From NCBI GenBank assembly GCA_008080735.1, contig SHMW01000014.1:1-64000 (forward strand): a DNA stretch of 64,000 bases, written 5' to 3'. This DNA comes from Promethearchaeota archaeon (GTDB lineage Archaea > Asgardarchaeota > Lokiarchaeia > Sigyniarchaeales > SOKP01). Position 1 is the stretch's first letter. Every line of letters starts with the position of its first letter. The notes beneath the pieces are model-generated. The model was not told the origin of the DNA. It ran no database searches and saw only the letters and a program-made list of their open reading frames with translations. This document shows positions 8,976 through 20,002 of this stretch, piece after piece. Made by a program: the position numbers and the translations under genes.

Positions 8976-10451
8976 ATGATTGAGTTAAAAAAGTTTCTTA
9001 ATTCGTGCCCGCTTCCTGGATTTCTATTTCAAATAAATGATCGGGAGGGAAGATGTGTTTATTCTAACTCAAATCACTCATCACTTTTTAATAACGACAA
9101 AAGTAATTACACTGGAAAATCCCTCAAAGAAATTGGAAGAAAATTTCCATCAATTCAGAAAAACGTTATCAGTTGTTGTAAAAATTCTCAATTCATATCG
9201 AATGAATTATCCTCTGATATGGGAGATCATAAGAAATGTTATAGAACAGCCTATTCTTTTTTTGAACCGAATTTCGTCATATTATTCATCCAAGAGTTTA
9301 AAGAGAAATCCAGTTTTGAGAATCTTAAAGAAGAAATCAGAGAGAAATCTAAAAAATTAGAGCGATCTGAGAAAGAGAAGGCGATTATATTGAAAAGTAT
9401 TTCGCAATTAATTGCCTTTCAAGACAAAGAACATAAGATCATTTGGGCGAATAAAGCTTCTGGAGATTCTGTTGGTAAAAACTCGAAAGACTTAGTGGGA
9501 AAAAAATGCCATTTTATATGGAATAATAGCGAAGATCCATGCCAATATTGCCCCGTGGAAAAATGTATCTCAACGGGAGAAGTGATCTCAAAAATACAAG
9601 AAACCTATGACGGGAGAGTATGGGAACTCAAGGGCTATCCCGTTAAAGATGAAGGGGGAAATATCATAGGCGCAGTGGAAGTTGGAGATGACATTACCGA
9701 ATTTACCCAGATACAGTTAGATCTTAAAAAAGCCTATGATACTGCTTCTTTGTATAAGGATATTTTGGCTCATGATATAAATAACATTCTCCAAAATTTA
9801 CAAGGTTCTTTAGAATTAAGCGAAATGACCATCCAAACGTTAAAAAACAAACAAAAAATAATAGAATTCTTTAATATCATGAAGGAGCAAATTTTAAGAG
9901 GTAAAAATTTAGTCTCAAATGTTCACAAACTCTCACTTATCGAAGACTCTAAGGATTCTGATATCGATTTTGGCAAAGTGGATCTCATAAAGTACCTACG
10001 AGACGCCATTGTTTTTATTAGACATTCTTTTAAAAATGGAAAAGTAATAATAACTACAAATTTGGATGATCTGGAACAGAACAGAATCATTGTCCATGGC
10101 AATGAGCTCTTTAGCAATATTTTTGAAAACCTTTTGCTTAACTCCATTCAACATAATACAAATAAGACGAAATTAATCAATATAATATTATCCATATTTG
10201 AGAAAGACGGAAAAGATTACATCAAGCTTCAAATTGTTGATAATGGTGTCGGAATTAATGATAAAATGAAGAAAAATATTTTTACTGGTAATTTAAAACT
10301 GAAAAAAGAGTCAGGCCTAGGTTTAGGACTTTCCTTAGTCAGAAAAATTGTGTTAATGTTTGGAGGGGAAATTTGGGTGGAAAATCGGATTGAGGATGAT
10401 TACACCAAAGGGAGTAAGTTCAATATTAATCTTCCCCTCTCTGAGAGCTAG
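8976..10451 (+). CDS. PAS sensor histidine kinase (Cys-containing PAS)
   Basis: PAS with C-x10-C-x2-CP; HDINNILQN; DNGVGI; GLGLGL. Confidence 0.92.
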   Translation: MIELKKFLNSCPLPGFLFQINDREGRCVYSNSNHSSLFNNDKSNYTGKSLKEIGRKFPSIQKNVISCCKNSQFISNELSSDMGDHKKCYRTAYSFFEPNFVILFIQEFKEKSSFENLKEEIREKSKKLERSEKEKAIILKSISQLIAFQDKEHKIIWANKASGDSVGKNSKDLVGKKCHFIWNNSEDPCQYCPVEKCISTGEVISKIQETYDGRVWELKGYPVKDEGGNIIGAVEVGDDITEFTQIQLDLKKAYDTASLYKDILAHDINNILQNLQGSLELSEMTIQTLKNKQKIIEFFNIMKEQILRGKNLVSNVHKLSLIEDSKDSDIDFGKVDLIKYLRDAIVFIRHSFKNGKVIITTNLDDLEQNRIIVHGNELFSNIFENLLLNSIQHNTNKTKLINIILSIFEKDGKDYIKLQIVDNGVGINDKMKKNIFTGNLKLKKESGLGLGLSLVRKIVLMFGGEIWVENRIEDDYTKGSKFNINLPLSES

Positions 10452-10610
10452 AGAATTAAAATTTGGCCTAGTTTATATAATATTAGAAAAAATTTTTAAA
10501 ATATCTGAGCGCTTTCTTTTTTGTCAAATAACGATGAATGTATACTATTCATAAATTTAATTATAGTTTGAACGTAATTTAGAAAAATCCAAAGGGTTAG
10601 TGGTTAAACC

Positions 10611-12530
10611 TTGCAAAATAATGGAAAGAAAAGAAAATTGGAGATATTAGAAAGAAGACTTGGAAATCTAGACGATTTTAGTAAAGAAATCCTCACACTT
10701 ACTTTTAATTCTGTTTCTATTGGATTATTTTTACTAGATAAAAAGAGAAATATATTGTTTTCTAATAAAAAAGGATTAGAATTATTTAATTTTTCCTTGG
10801 GATTAATAGTTGGTAAATCTATTAGTGAATTTTTAAATCTGGTTAATGCTTCAACATATAATTCAGATTTTGAGAGATGTATAAATTATGTTTTTCAGAC
10901 TGGAAAAACTAAGAAAATAGAATTTGAAATTTGCATGAATGATCGCAAATTAAAATGGTTAGATGTGTCCTTTTCTCCGTTTAAAATTAATGAGTCTCAT
11001 TTTCTCTCTCTTAATTTTAAAGATATCACTCATGGTAAAGAATTTGAATTAAAATTACATGAGTCAGAAGAAAAATTTCATATAATCGCTGAGCAGCTTT
11101 TTATGGCTATAGTTATCTTTCAAGACTTTCAAATCAAATATCATAATAAAAAACTCACAGATTTGACGGGATACACTAAAGATGAGATTAATAGCTGGAA
11201 GCCAGGTGAATTTATTAATCTTATCCATCCAGATGATAGAAAGGGTGCAATGTCGAAAATTAAAAACAGATATATAGGTAAGATAAATACACTCATTAAT
11301 TATCAATTCAGATTGGTTTCCAAAAAAGGAGAGATTAAATGGGTAGAAGTGTTTTCTAAAGCAATTCCCTATAAAAATGGAGAAGCAGACTTAACAACGA
11401 TTATAGACCTAAGTGATAAAAAGAAAATTGAACAAGATTTACTATTTACCCAATTTTCCCTAGACCATAGCGCTGAAGCCGCGTTTTGGGCTGTTTCCAA
11501 TGCAGATCTTATTTATGTAAATGAAGCAGCATGTCATTCACTTGGATATTCTCGAGAAGAACTGCTCAATATGAAAGTGTATGATATTGATCCTAATATG
11601 CAAGAAAATGTTTGGAAAGATCATTGGAATAGGTTGAAAAAGCGAGGAACTTTCACTATAGAATCACATCATCTCTGTAAAAATGGAAAAACATTTCCCG
11701 TGGAAATTACCGTAAATTATTTGCGCTATGAATCTAATGAATTTAATTGTGTTATAGCTCGTGATATAAGCGAAAGGAAAGTAGCTGAAGAACGACTAAA
11801 AAAATCAGAACAAAAATATAGAGAAGCATATAAACGAGCATCTCTCTATAAAGATATATTCACTCATGATATGGGCAATCTACTTCAAAATATACAATCC
11901 TCAAGCGAACTTGCCTCTCTATACCAAAATAATGAAGATGAATTAAGCACATTTATGGAATTAAATGAAATTATTAGGGATCAAGTTAAACGAGGGTCAA
12001 AATTATTATCAAATGTAAGAAAATTAACAGAGATAGAAAATAGTGAAGAGAACTTGACCTCTACATATATCATTCCAATATTAGAGGAGACAATTGAATA
12101 TGTTAAAAAATCAGTTGTAGATAAAATATTAAACATCCATTTAGATATTCCGGATCCAGAACTGCGAGCTTGCAGGATATATGCCAATGAACTTCTCATG
12201 GATGTGTTTGAGAACATTCTTTTCAATTCCACAAAACATAATGAAAATTTCCAAGTAGATATAATCATAAAAATTTCCAAACATAAAACTAATGATACTA
12301 ATGATATAACTATTCGATTTATTGATAATGCTATGGGTATAGCAGATTCAATTAAAAAACAAATATTTCAAAGAGCTGCTAATCAATCCGTTAAAGGAAT
12401 GGGTCTCGGCTTAACATTAGTTAAGAAAATCGTTGATTCTTATGAAGGGAATATCTGGGTGGAAGATCGTGTAAAAGGAGATCATACAAAAGGAAGTATT
12501 TTTCATCTTTGCCTTCCTTTAATCAGTTAA
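10611..12530 (+). CDS. Multi-PAS sensor histidine kinase
   Basis: Three PAS domains (IHPDD; PVEI..N); HDMGNLLQN; DNAMGI; GMGLGL. Confidence 0.92.
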   Translation: MQNNGKKRKLEILERRLGNLDDFSKEILTLTFNSVSIGLFLLDKKRNILFSNKKGLELFNFSLGLIVGKSISEFLNLVNASTYNSDFERCINYVFQTGKTKKIEFEICMNDRKLKWLDVSFSPFKINESHFLSLNFKDITHGKEFELKLHESEEKFHIIAEQLFMAIVIFQDFQIKYHNKKLTDLTGYTKDEINSWKPGEFINLIHPDDRKGAMSKIKNRYIGKINTLINYQFRLVSKKGEIKWVEVFSKAIPYKNGEADLTTIIDLSDKKKIEQDLLFTQFSLDHSAEAAFWAVSNADLIYVNEAACHSLGYSREELLNMKVYDIDPNMQENVWKDHWNRLKKRGTFTIESHHLCKNGKTFPVEITVNYLRYESNEFNCVIARDISERKVAEERLKKSEQKYREAYKRASLYKDIFTHDMGNLLQNIQSSSELASLYQNNEDELSTFMELNEIIRDQVKRGSKLLSNVRKLTEIENSEENLTSTYIIPILEETIEYVKKSVVDKILNIHLDIPDPELRACRIYANELLMDVFENILFNSTKHNENFQVDIIIKISKHKTNDTNDITIRFIDNAMGIADSIKKQIFQRAANQSVKGMGLGLTLVKKIVDSYEGNIWVEDRVKGDHTKGSIFHLCLPLIS

Positions 12531-12602
12531 TGAATAAGATTTTTAAAGGCTCTCATCACTTTTTCTAATTAACTGGCCTTCTATTTCGTAAATTTGATCA
12601 TT

Positions 12603-14549
12603 ATGGGAACTTCAGCAATAGGACAAATATTTACCCCGGATTTCGTAGCTAAATTTATGGTATCAAATATCCTCACTCATTTAAAGCAAAGCACCGATAT
12701 CTCCACATATTTTAAAGAGATTGAAACTATATCCGTTTTAGAACCTTCTGTAGGAAAAGGAGTTTTTCTGAAATCTTTATTAGAATATGGTTTTACTGAT
12801 ATTACAGCATACGAGTTAGATTATTCTTTTGAAAAGGCCCTACGAAAAAATTTCCCTGATCTCACAATACATTATAAAAATATTTTAACTTCTACTCCAA
12901 AAGAAAAATTTGAAATTATAATAGGAAATCCTCCCTATTTAGGTCATAACTATAATTCAGAACTTTTTCAAGATTATATTTCCAAATCAGAACTCTGTAA
13001 AAGATATTTTGTTGGGAATATGGATTTATTCTATTACTTCATCCATCTTGGGATTGAATTGCTTAAACCGGGAGGTTATTTATCCTTTATAACGACTAAC
13101 TATTGGTTAAGTAAATCAAAAAAAACGGGTATTAAACATCTTAAACCTCACATTTTAGATGAATGCTATTTGCTACAATATATTGATCTTTCGAAATTAA
13201 AACTTTTCCCCCAAGCTCTAGGACAAGAAAACTGTATTTTTGTATTACAAAAAAAGAATGAGAGGGATAAGAGACTCAAGCTTAATAAAAAAATAAAAAT
13301 TATTCAAGTAAATCCTAATAGAAATCCACAAGAGCTATGTGATACAGAGTATAATAGGCTGGTTTTTAACCTCCTTAGTAATGGTTCTAATTCGGGACAC
13401 TTTAAACGTTATTTATCGGCAACTACTCATAATGACTTGGAAGGAAATAGATCATGGAATCTTTTGTATCCAATGGAAGTGAAAGATTTAACAGATAAAA
13501 TTGAACAATTTTGCATTAAAAACTGTAGGATCTCTTATTTAAAAGACTACTTTTTAATTCGGAATGGCTTAATTTTCATCAAAGATGATATATTCATTTT
13601 ACAAGAAAAGGAAACCATTATTCACGAAAATGGGGGTTTTTCTATAAAGATTGATGATGATTTTATTCAGCTTAATAAAAAAGAACAAATGAGATTGAAA
13701 AAGTTATATAAAAGCTCATCAATTCAAAAATATGGATACATTAAGGATGCCTATAAAGGATACGCTTTATATTTCAATAGAAATTCATTTATTATTGATA
13801 AGGCAACTTCGTATGGGTCAGAGATTAAAAATGAATACCCCAATCTCTATGAGTATTTACAGCAATATCAAAAAGAATTACAAGCTACATTAAAAAACGC
13901 CAAGGAGGATCAAAGCCATTATTTTTTCCCGCGTCGTGGAGATAGAATAAGAAAAATGGCGAAGAAAGGCTCATTAGTCTATTTACAAGAGCATTACGAG
14001 AAAGCTAAAAAGATTTTCTTCCCGTATATTACCGATAGGAATATATTCGGATATTCTGATGAGCCTTTTTTCGCCACTTCTGATGTATATTTTCTCTGGC
14101 CAAAAATTCCCGAAGAAAAAATTGATTATAATTTTTTGCTTGCGTATCTCAATTCTGAGATAGTGCATTTTCTCTTTCATACAAAAAATATTAAAATTAA
14201 ACGGAGTAAAACAAAATTGGAAAATTCTTTACCAATCCCTAATTTAGATCACCCTAGTTTTTATGATAAAAAAGAATTAATCACTCTAATTCGAAATTTA
14301 AGTGGACTCCTCATTCGTCTTAACACTGATACCCTCAAAACTAGCATTGATGAACAAATTACTCGATTAAAACAGCTCGAATATTTTTCACCACCAGAAA
14401 AGAATGGTGAATTCCAAACCTTATCGAGTTTAATAGAAGAAGGAAAGAAAGTAAAGATTGAAAATTATGTGAACCACCTTTTTTATGATCTATTTGATAT
14501 TCAGGAAGATACAATGAAAGAATTAATGCGGAAATATTATAATTCTTGA
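12603..14549 (+). CDS. N6-adenine DNA methyltransferase (Eco57I/TaqI-like, gamma class), apparently orphan
   Basis: GQIFTP; motif I LEPSVGKG; motif IV GNPPY; LKPGGYLSFI; C-terminal FLLAYLNS specificity-type region. Confidence 0.88.
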   Translation: MGTSAIGQIFTPDFVAKFMVSNILTHLKQSTDISTYFKEIETISVLEPSVGKGVFLKSLLEYGFTDITAYELDYSFEKALRKNFPDLTIHYKNILTSTPKEKFEIIIGNPPYLGHNYNSELFQDYISKSELCKRYFVGNMDLFYYFIHLGIELLKPGGYLSFITTNYWLSKSKKTGIKHLKPHILDECYLLQYIDLSKLKLFPQALGQENCIFVLQKKNERDKRLKLNKKIKIIQVNPNRNPQELCDTEYNRLVFNLLSNGSNSGHFKRYLSATTHNDLEGNRSWNLLYPMEVKDLTDKIEQFCIKNCRISYLKDYFLIRNGLIFIKDDIFILQEKETIIHENGGFSIKIDDDFIQLNKKEQMRLKKLYKSSSIQKYGYIKDAYKGYALYFNRNSFIIDKATSYGSEIKNEYPNLYEYLQQYQKELQATLKNAKEDQSHYFFPRRGDRIRKMAKKGSLVYLQEHYEKAKKIFFPYITDRNIFGYSDEPFFATSDVYFLWPKIPEEKIDYNFLLAYLNSEIVHFLFHTKNIKIKRSKTKLENSLPIPNLDHPSFYDKKELITLIRNLSGLLIRLNTDTLKTSIDEQITRLKQLEYFSPPEKNGEFQTLSSLIEEGKKVKIENYVNHLFYDLFDIQEDTMKELMRKYYNS

Positions 14550-14637
14550 TTTTTTTGGCAGCTATTTTCTTATTCTCAACTTTTTTATGTTCCAAAACTA
14601 CAAATTTTAAATAAGCGCGAAACAATTTCTATTTGGT

Positions 14638-15270
14638 ATGCTCGATGAAATTGCGTTTTGTATATTTTGCTTCAGTGTAATTTTATACACCTCATTATTA
14701 TTTATTAGGTTTCGAAGCGATAAACCGTTCAAACTTACCTTATATAATGAGATTTATGAAGATTGGGTTAAAAATCGCTTGGAGATGTCTTCTGAAATCT
14801 CTACTGTCCAAATACTAAGGAATGTGCAAGTAGCCAATTCCACTCTGATTTCTGCTTTATTTATCCTTTTAGGGATTTTAATAGGATTTTATAACTCCGC
14901 TTTTCTTGATACCTCTCCTTTTTTCTGGATCGAAGGTTTAGAGCGTGGTTTTATTAAAATATCTGTAAATATTTTTGTTATTATGTTTTGCATTATCAAT
15001 TTTATCTTGTCTATCCGTTCAATTACGCGATGCTCCCTTTTAATCAGTGGAAAACCCCAAAATTATGCTATCGGGAATATGAATGGAGTAGACGCCGCAA
15101 AAAAGGCCTTTCTCTCGGGTAAAAATCATTGGATGTACGGTATCAGAGGGCTATTCTTTCTCATAGCTACGTTAACATGGTTTCTTGATTCCATCCTCTT
15201 TATAGTATTAACTTGTCTTATATCTGGATATTTAATTCTCTTTAGAGACGCAAGACGGATAGAAGAGTGA
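14638..15270 (+). CDS. DUF599-family membrane protein
   Basis: Four TM segments; W..........VQILRN and GIRGLFF motifs. Confidence 0.7.
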   Translation: MLDEIAFCIFCFSVILYTSLLFIRFRSDKPFKLTLYNEIYEDWVKNRLEMSSEISTVQILRNVQVANSTLISALFILLGILIGFYNSAFLDTSPFFWIEGLERGFIKISVNIFVIMFCIINFILSIRSITRCSLLISGKPQNYAIGNMNGVDAAKKAFLSGKNHWMYGIRGLFFLIATLTWFLDSILFIVLTCLISGYLILFRDARRIEE

Positions 15271-15326
15271 AAATTCCTGATAAAAGAAAAAAAAGATTGT
15301 TAATAATAAAGAAAACTACTGCTAGA

Positions 15327-16577
15327 TTATGATAGTTCAGAACCGCAACTTTCACATACTTTTGCATCTTTTGCAACGATCTTTCCACAATACGTACAAA
15401 CTCTTTCTGTTGCTGTTGGTTGTGCTCCTTTTTTTGTTGTCAATTCTATTTCTTGAGCAAGCTCTTTTGAATCGATATCGTACTGAATTAACGGTTTTCG
15501 GACTAAAAGATTGAACTGGTCTTCCCCGGCTTTTTTATACGTTCTTAAATTTAAGAAAGGCATCAATCCACCTAAAACTAAAGCTATACCTAATATCATA
15601 AATATTGGTATTAAAGTCCAGATATCTTCGAAAAGATCGAAAACAAAGAATATCACACCCATCATAATTCCCATAGAAAGAAAGATCATTGGTGAAATGA
15701 ATGCATTTCTGAACATCTTTCCAGGATTCAGTTCCATCTTGATAAGGGTCTTTCCATCTCCTTCCAAGAAATTGATAATAGAATTGTATCTTATCGTGTA
15801 GGTATATGGTCGGGTAGTGGAATATGAACCGCGGTATCCTGAACTTGATGATGAATATGTTGAGTGTGTAGTAGTATAATACCCTACGCCTGTCTGTTTA
15901 AGCTCTGTTTCTATCATTTTATTCTCTTCGTAATTAAGAATGCTGAGATTGTTAATATGAGTACAATATTTCAAAATTTTACTATATATTTTGCTTCTCT
16001 GCTTGTCTGTTTCTATCTCAAATTTTATTTCGCGGGTTTTACTTTTTGCCCGTTTTATCGATAAAAAGGTGACCCCCACAGTTAAAGCAGCTAATAGGAT
16101 AATCAGACCAATTTTAACATACTCCATCAGAAAAAGAAATCCATTCGAAACTAGAACAGCTACATCCCCAATACCAGAATTATGTTCAATGATAATATAT
16201 ATCGTGGTTGGATTTTCAAAAGATAGTTTTTTATTAACATCGCCAACTTGATTGCTCACATTATAAATAATGTCAGTGTAACTTACATTTCGAGCAATAG
16301 TTAGATTATAATTAAGACCGACCGAAGCGGGCAAGGTTACTTTTATATCAATATCACCAGCAGTAACTACGAGATAATATTCAAGAGCACTATGAGATGA
16401 TGACAAAGTTTCTTTATATTCTTGATTCAAACCAATTTCCTTGGCGGCATTTAATTCAATTTCTGAGTCCCTATCTATAACTGATGGGAATAGGACAAGA
16501 GTACTAAAAACGCAAAAAAATATACAAAAACCAATTATACTTAATATTGATATTTTTTTTGATTTTTTCATTTTCAT
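15327..16577 (-). CDS. Membrane protein with extracellular beta domain and C-terminal zinc ribbon
   Basis: N-terminal signal/TM, three further TMs, terminal CTYCG-x8-CESCG. Confidence 0.75.
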   Translation of the reverse strand: MKMKKSKKISILSIIGFCIFFCVFSTLVLFPSVIDRDSEIELNAAKEIGLNQEYKETLSSSHSALEYYLVVTAGDIDIKVTLPASVGLNYNLTIARNVSYTDIIYNVSNQVGDVNKKLSFENPTTIYIIIEHNSGIGDVAVLVSNGFLFLMEYVKIGLIILLAALTVGVTFLSIKRAKSKTREIKFEIETDKQRSKIYSKILKYCTHINNLSILNYEENKMIETELKQTGVGYYTTTHSTYSSSSSGYRGSYSTTRPYTYTIRYNSIINFLEGDGKTLIKMELNPGKMFRNAFISPMIFLSMGIMMGVIFFVFDLFEDIWTLIPIFMILGIALVLGGLMPFLNLRTYKKAGEDQFNLLVRKPLIQYDIDSKELAQEIELTTKKGAQPTATERVCTYCGKIVAKDAKVCESCGSELS

Positions 16578-16868
16578 CGGTTTTTTTTGTAGATGATTAA
16601 TTAGAGAAAAATATAAATTCGTGAGTTAGTGAAATTATAGTAAAATTTATATTTTGTTAAACTCGTTTACTTTTTTGTATAATAACACTTGCTTATTGGA
16701 AATAAAAATAAATGAATTTCCTAGCATCTTAACATATTTTCTTTTTTTTAATACTAGTAATATTTTAGCTGGCTTACTTTAGGAGTATTATGTTATTGAA
16801 TTTTTTATCTATCTTCAAATACAGCATAGTAAATTGCCGCCTTTCTTTTATTAACCAAAACCGAGACA

Positions 16869-16926
16869 TTTAAATACTCTCGAAAACTTCATAAAAATAA
16901 GTGTTTTGTAAAGACTAAGTTTACAA
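16869..16926 (+). promoter_or_regulatory. TATA box plus palindromic operator upstream of hsp20-cdc48
   Basis: TTTAAATA at 16869-16876; perfect inverted repeat TTGTAAA-N7-TTTACAA at 16906-16926. Confidence 0.6.
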
Positions 16927-16983
16927 GATGGTCTTTAACTTCACAAAAAACTAAAAAATTTATAAATAAAAAGGGTGTTTATT

Positions 16984-17652
16984 TTGTTCGACGATGATAA
17001 AGACGACTATAAGAGCTTTATTGAGAGACTAAAGGAATATTTGAATGTAGATTCAGATATTTTCGATGCGGAATTCTATATTTTTCCAAGTACAGATTTA
17101 GGCAAGAAATTCGGCTTAGATCCGAATGAGGATAAAGGATTTAAGATCTCCTATCATTATGAGAAAGGGATGGATCAGCCAGATATTAAAATTCACGGTA
17201 ATGTTGATGAAGAGAAAGTGAAAGATTATATAAAAAAAATGAATTACATGAAGAATAATCCTAAATTCAGGGAATATGTGAAGAAAGCACAGGCACGGCA
17301 AAAGCAAACTCAACAGAAAACCAAAAAAGCGTTCGATGCAAAAGACTTATCATTACGCTCACCTGAAACCGAAATTGAAGCTTCTGAATCGGACTTACTA
17401 AAAATGAGAGAGCCGATCGCGGAAATCCACAATTTTGAGAATACATTTCAATTGATACTCGAAGTGCCCGGAATTAAGGAGAATGATGTATTTATTAGCC
17501 TAAATGATGAGCAAAAGACATTGACATTTAGTGCGGAAAATAAGAACAGAAGATATCATAAAAAGATTCATTTACCATGTAAAGCGTCCTTATTAAATGA
17601 TTCTCTGAGTCTGTCTAATGGAATTTTAACATTTGAATGTGAAAAGAAATAA
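16984..17652 (+). CDS. hsp20: Archaeal small heat shock protein (Hsp20/alpha-crystallin)
   Basis: REPIAEI...LEVPGI...YHKKIHLP...NGIL; KGFKISY...P.I..HGN N-terminal motif; next to cdc48; TTG start after GGGTG. Confidence 0.85.
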   Translation: MFDDDKDDYKSFIERLKEYLNVDSDIFDAEFYIFPSTDLGKKFGLDPNEDKGFKISYHYEKGMDQPDIKIHGNVDEEKVKDYIKKMNYMKNNPKFREYVKKAQARQKQTQQKTKKAFDAKDLSLRSPETEIEASESDLLKMREPIAEIHNFENTFQLILEVPGIKENDVFISLNDEQKTLTFSAENKNRRYHKKIHLPCKASLLNDSLSLSNGILTFECEKK

Positions 17653-17728
17653 ATTCATATTTTTATTTACAATTTATAGATTTTAAGAATTAATTACATA
17701 CAAAAAAATAGAGAGGAAAGATACTAAT

Positions 17729-19954
17729 ATGTCAGAAATGAGTGAAGCTGGTGGGAGACAGGGAAGAAAGGTAAGAGTAAAGGATGCGTTTAAACAGGAT
17801 GCTGGCAGAGGCATCGTCAGAGTAGATCCAGAATTAGTGAATTTACAAGGCTGGAAAACTGGTGATGTGTTGGCTATTCGGCACCCAAAAACGCTTGAAA
17901 AGACCGCCGCTTTATTATATCCTGGGAGATCTGAAGATAAAGGTACGAATGTAATTAGAATGGATGCTTCCTTGAGAAGAAACCTCGGGGCGTCTATAGA
18001 TGATATTGTATTTATTCGGAAAGTAGATGCTGCCTTAGCGGAAAAGGTAACTTTTGCAGGATTAGAAGAGGCAGTTATTTTAAGAAATTCTCAACAACTT
18101 GCGAGTAAATTGGAAAATAGAGTAATTACGAAGAACGATATTTTATCCTTTTATGCGTATGGACGCCGAGTGGATCTGATTGTTGTGAATTTTAGTCCAA
18201 AAGCAGCAGCAGTTCGAATTCACTTGGATACTCAGATTGTTTTAAGTGAAAAAAGTCATAAAGAACTCGTACAATTAGAAAAGTCCCGAGTCACTTATGA
18301 GGATATTGGTGGCTTAGAGGAGGAAATCCAGAAAATCCGCGAAATGATTGAGCTCCCTATTCGACATCCCGAATTATTTAAGAGGATTGGAATCGATCCA
18401 CCTAAAGGTGTTCTATTGCATGGACCTCCTGGCACGGGAAAGACATTACTAGCAAGAGCTGTGGCTTATGAGACCGATGCTAATTTTACAACCATAAGCG
18501 GTCCCGAAATTATGAGCAAGTTTTACGGACAGAGTGAGGAAAACTTACGTAAAATATTTGATGAGGCAAAAGAGAATTCTCCCGCAATAATCTTTATAGA
18601 TGAGTTAGATTCCATCGCCCCGAAGCGAGCGGAAGTGACGGGAGAAGTAGAAAGAAGAGTAGTCGCTCAACTCCTATCCTTGATGGATGGTCTCGAGGGA
18701 AGAGGAGAAGTTATCGTGATTGGTGCTACAAACCGTGTGAACGATGTGGACAGCGCATTACGGCGTCCTGGTAGATTTGACAGAGAGATTGAAATCGGAG
18801 TTCCGGATACTGAAGGACGACATGAGATTCTAATGATCCATACTCGTGGAATGCCGCTTGATAAAAAAGTGGAACTGAGAGAGATTGCGGAAAGAACCCA
18901 CGGATTCGTAGGTGCAGATATTGAGGCATTAGCTAAAGAAGCTGCGATGTTGGCCATTCGGGAGATATTACCGAATTTAGATCTGGAAAAAGAAATTCCT
19001 CCTGAAATATTGGCGGAGATTCGCATTAAAAATAAAAATTTCCAAGATGCATTAACGAGTATAGAACCATCCGCTCTGAGAGAAGTTCTCATCACGAGAC
19101 CTCAAGAGACTTGGGATGATGTGGGCGGATTGGAAGATGCGATATTTCAATTAAAAGAAGTCGTTGAATGGCCTCTTAAATATCCTGAACTATACGATCA
19201 TTTAAAATCGAGACCTCCGAGTGGAATTCTATTACATGGACCTCCAGGTACAGGAAAAACATTAATCGCAAAAGCATTAGCCCATGAAAGTGAGGTAAAC
19301 TTTATATCTGTCAAGGGTCCCGAATTCTTATCTAAATGGGTTGGAGAGAGTGAAAAAACCGTACGAGAGACCTTTAGAAAAGCACGATCGGCAGCTCCGT
19401 GTATAATCTTCTTTGACGAAATCGACGCAATCGCGGGAATGAGAGGGAGAAGTGCTGGTTCTACGGTGACTGAACAAGTTGTTTCACAATTATTAACAGA
19501 GATGGATGGCCTTGAAGGATTAGAAGATGTAATCTTATTAGCCGCCACTAACAGACCGGACATGCTCGACCCTGCATTATTACGGGCGGGAAGATTTGGA
19601 AAACATATAGAAATTCCTATGCCCGATGAAAATTCACGCCAAGAAATATTTAAAATACACCTAGAAGGTAAACCAATATCTTCAGATGTATCCATAAAAG
19701 AATTTGCTAAACGAATGGAGGGATATACAGGTGCTGACATTGCTGCGGTATGTGAAGAAGCCACTTTACTTACAATAAGAAGGGCGATATCAGATACTTC
19801 AATTGATACGAAAGATAAAGAATCAGTTAAGAAAGTAAAAGTTGACCGTGAAGCATTCAATCAAGCTTTAGAAAAAGTTCTAAAAAGTGCAGAAATGGCC
19901 CAAAAAGCGCATCAAAGATTATCTAAAGAACCATCAGAGGAATTGTATAGATAA
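17729..19954 (+). CDS. cdc48: Cdc48/VCP family AAA+ ATPase
   Basis: N-domain (DAGRGIVR); two AAA modules with GPPGTGKT and Walker B motifs; RPGRFDREI; C-terminal LYR (HbYX). Confidence 0.97.
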   Translation: MSEMSEAGGRQGRKVRVKDAFKQDAGRGIVRVDPELVNLQGWKTGDVLAIRHPKTLEKTAALLYPGRSEDKGTNVIRMDASLRRNLGASIDDIVFIRKVDAALAEKVTFAGLEEAVILRNSQQLASKLENRVITKNDILSFYAYGRRVDLIVVNFSPKAAAVRIHLDTQIVLSEKSHKELVQLEKSRVTYEDIGGLEEEIQKIREMIELPIRHPELFKRIGIDPPKGVLLHGPPGTGKTLLARAVAYETDANFTTISGPEIMSKFYGQSEENLRKIFDEAKENSPAIIFIDELDSIAPKRAEVTGEVERRVVAQLLSLMDGLEGRGEVIVIGATNRVNDVDSALRRPGRFDREIEIGVPDTEGRHEILMIHTRGMPLDKKVELREIAERTHGFVGADIEALAKEAAMLAIREILPNLDLEKEIPPEILAEIRIKNKNFQDALTSIEPSALREVLITRPQETWDDVGGLEDAIFQLKEVVEWPLKYPELYDHLKSRPPSGILLHGPPGTGKTLIAKALAHESEVNFISVKGPEFLSKWVGESEKTVRETFRKARSAAPCIIFFDEIDAIAGMRGRSAGSTVTEQVVSQLLTEMDGLEGLEDVILLAATNRPDMLDPALLRAGRFGKHIEIPMPDENSRQEIFKIHLEGKPISSDVSIKEFAKRMEGYTGADIAAVCEEATLLTIRRAISDTSIDTKDKESVKKVKVDREAFNQALEKVLKSAEMAQKAHQRLSKEPSEELYR

Positions 19955-20002
19955 TTTTTTTTACTATCTTTATTTCAATTATGAAATTGAGGAAAATACA
20001 TA

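Noticed and set aside
18667-19860. Long antisense ORFs in cdc48 (and similar shadow ORFs in metF, DUF4139 and others)
   Set aside because: They lie opposite well-conserved genes, have no motifs and are explained by codon bias.
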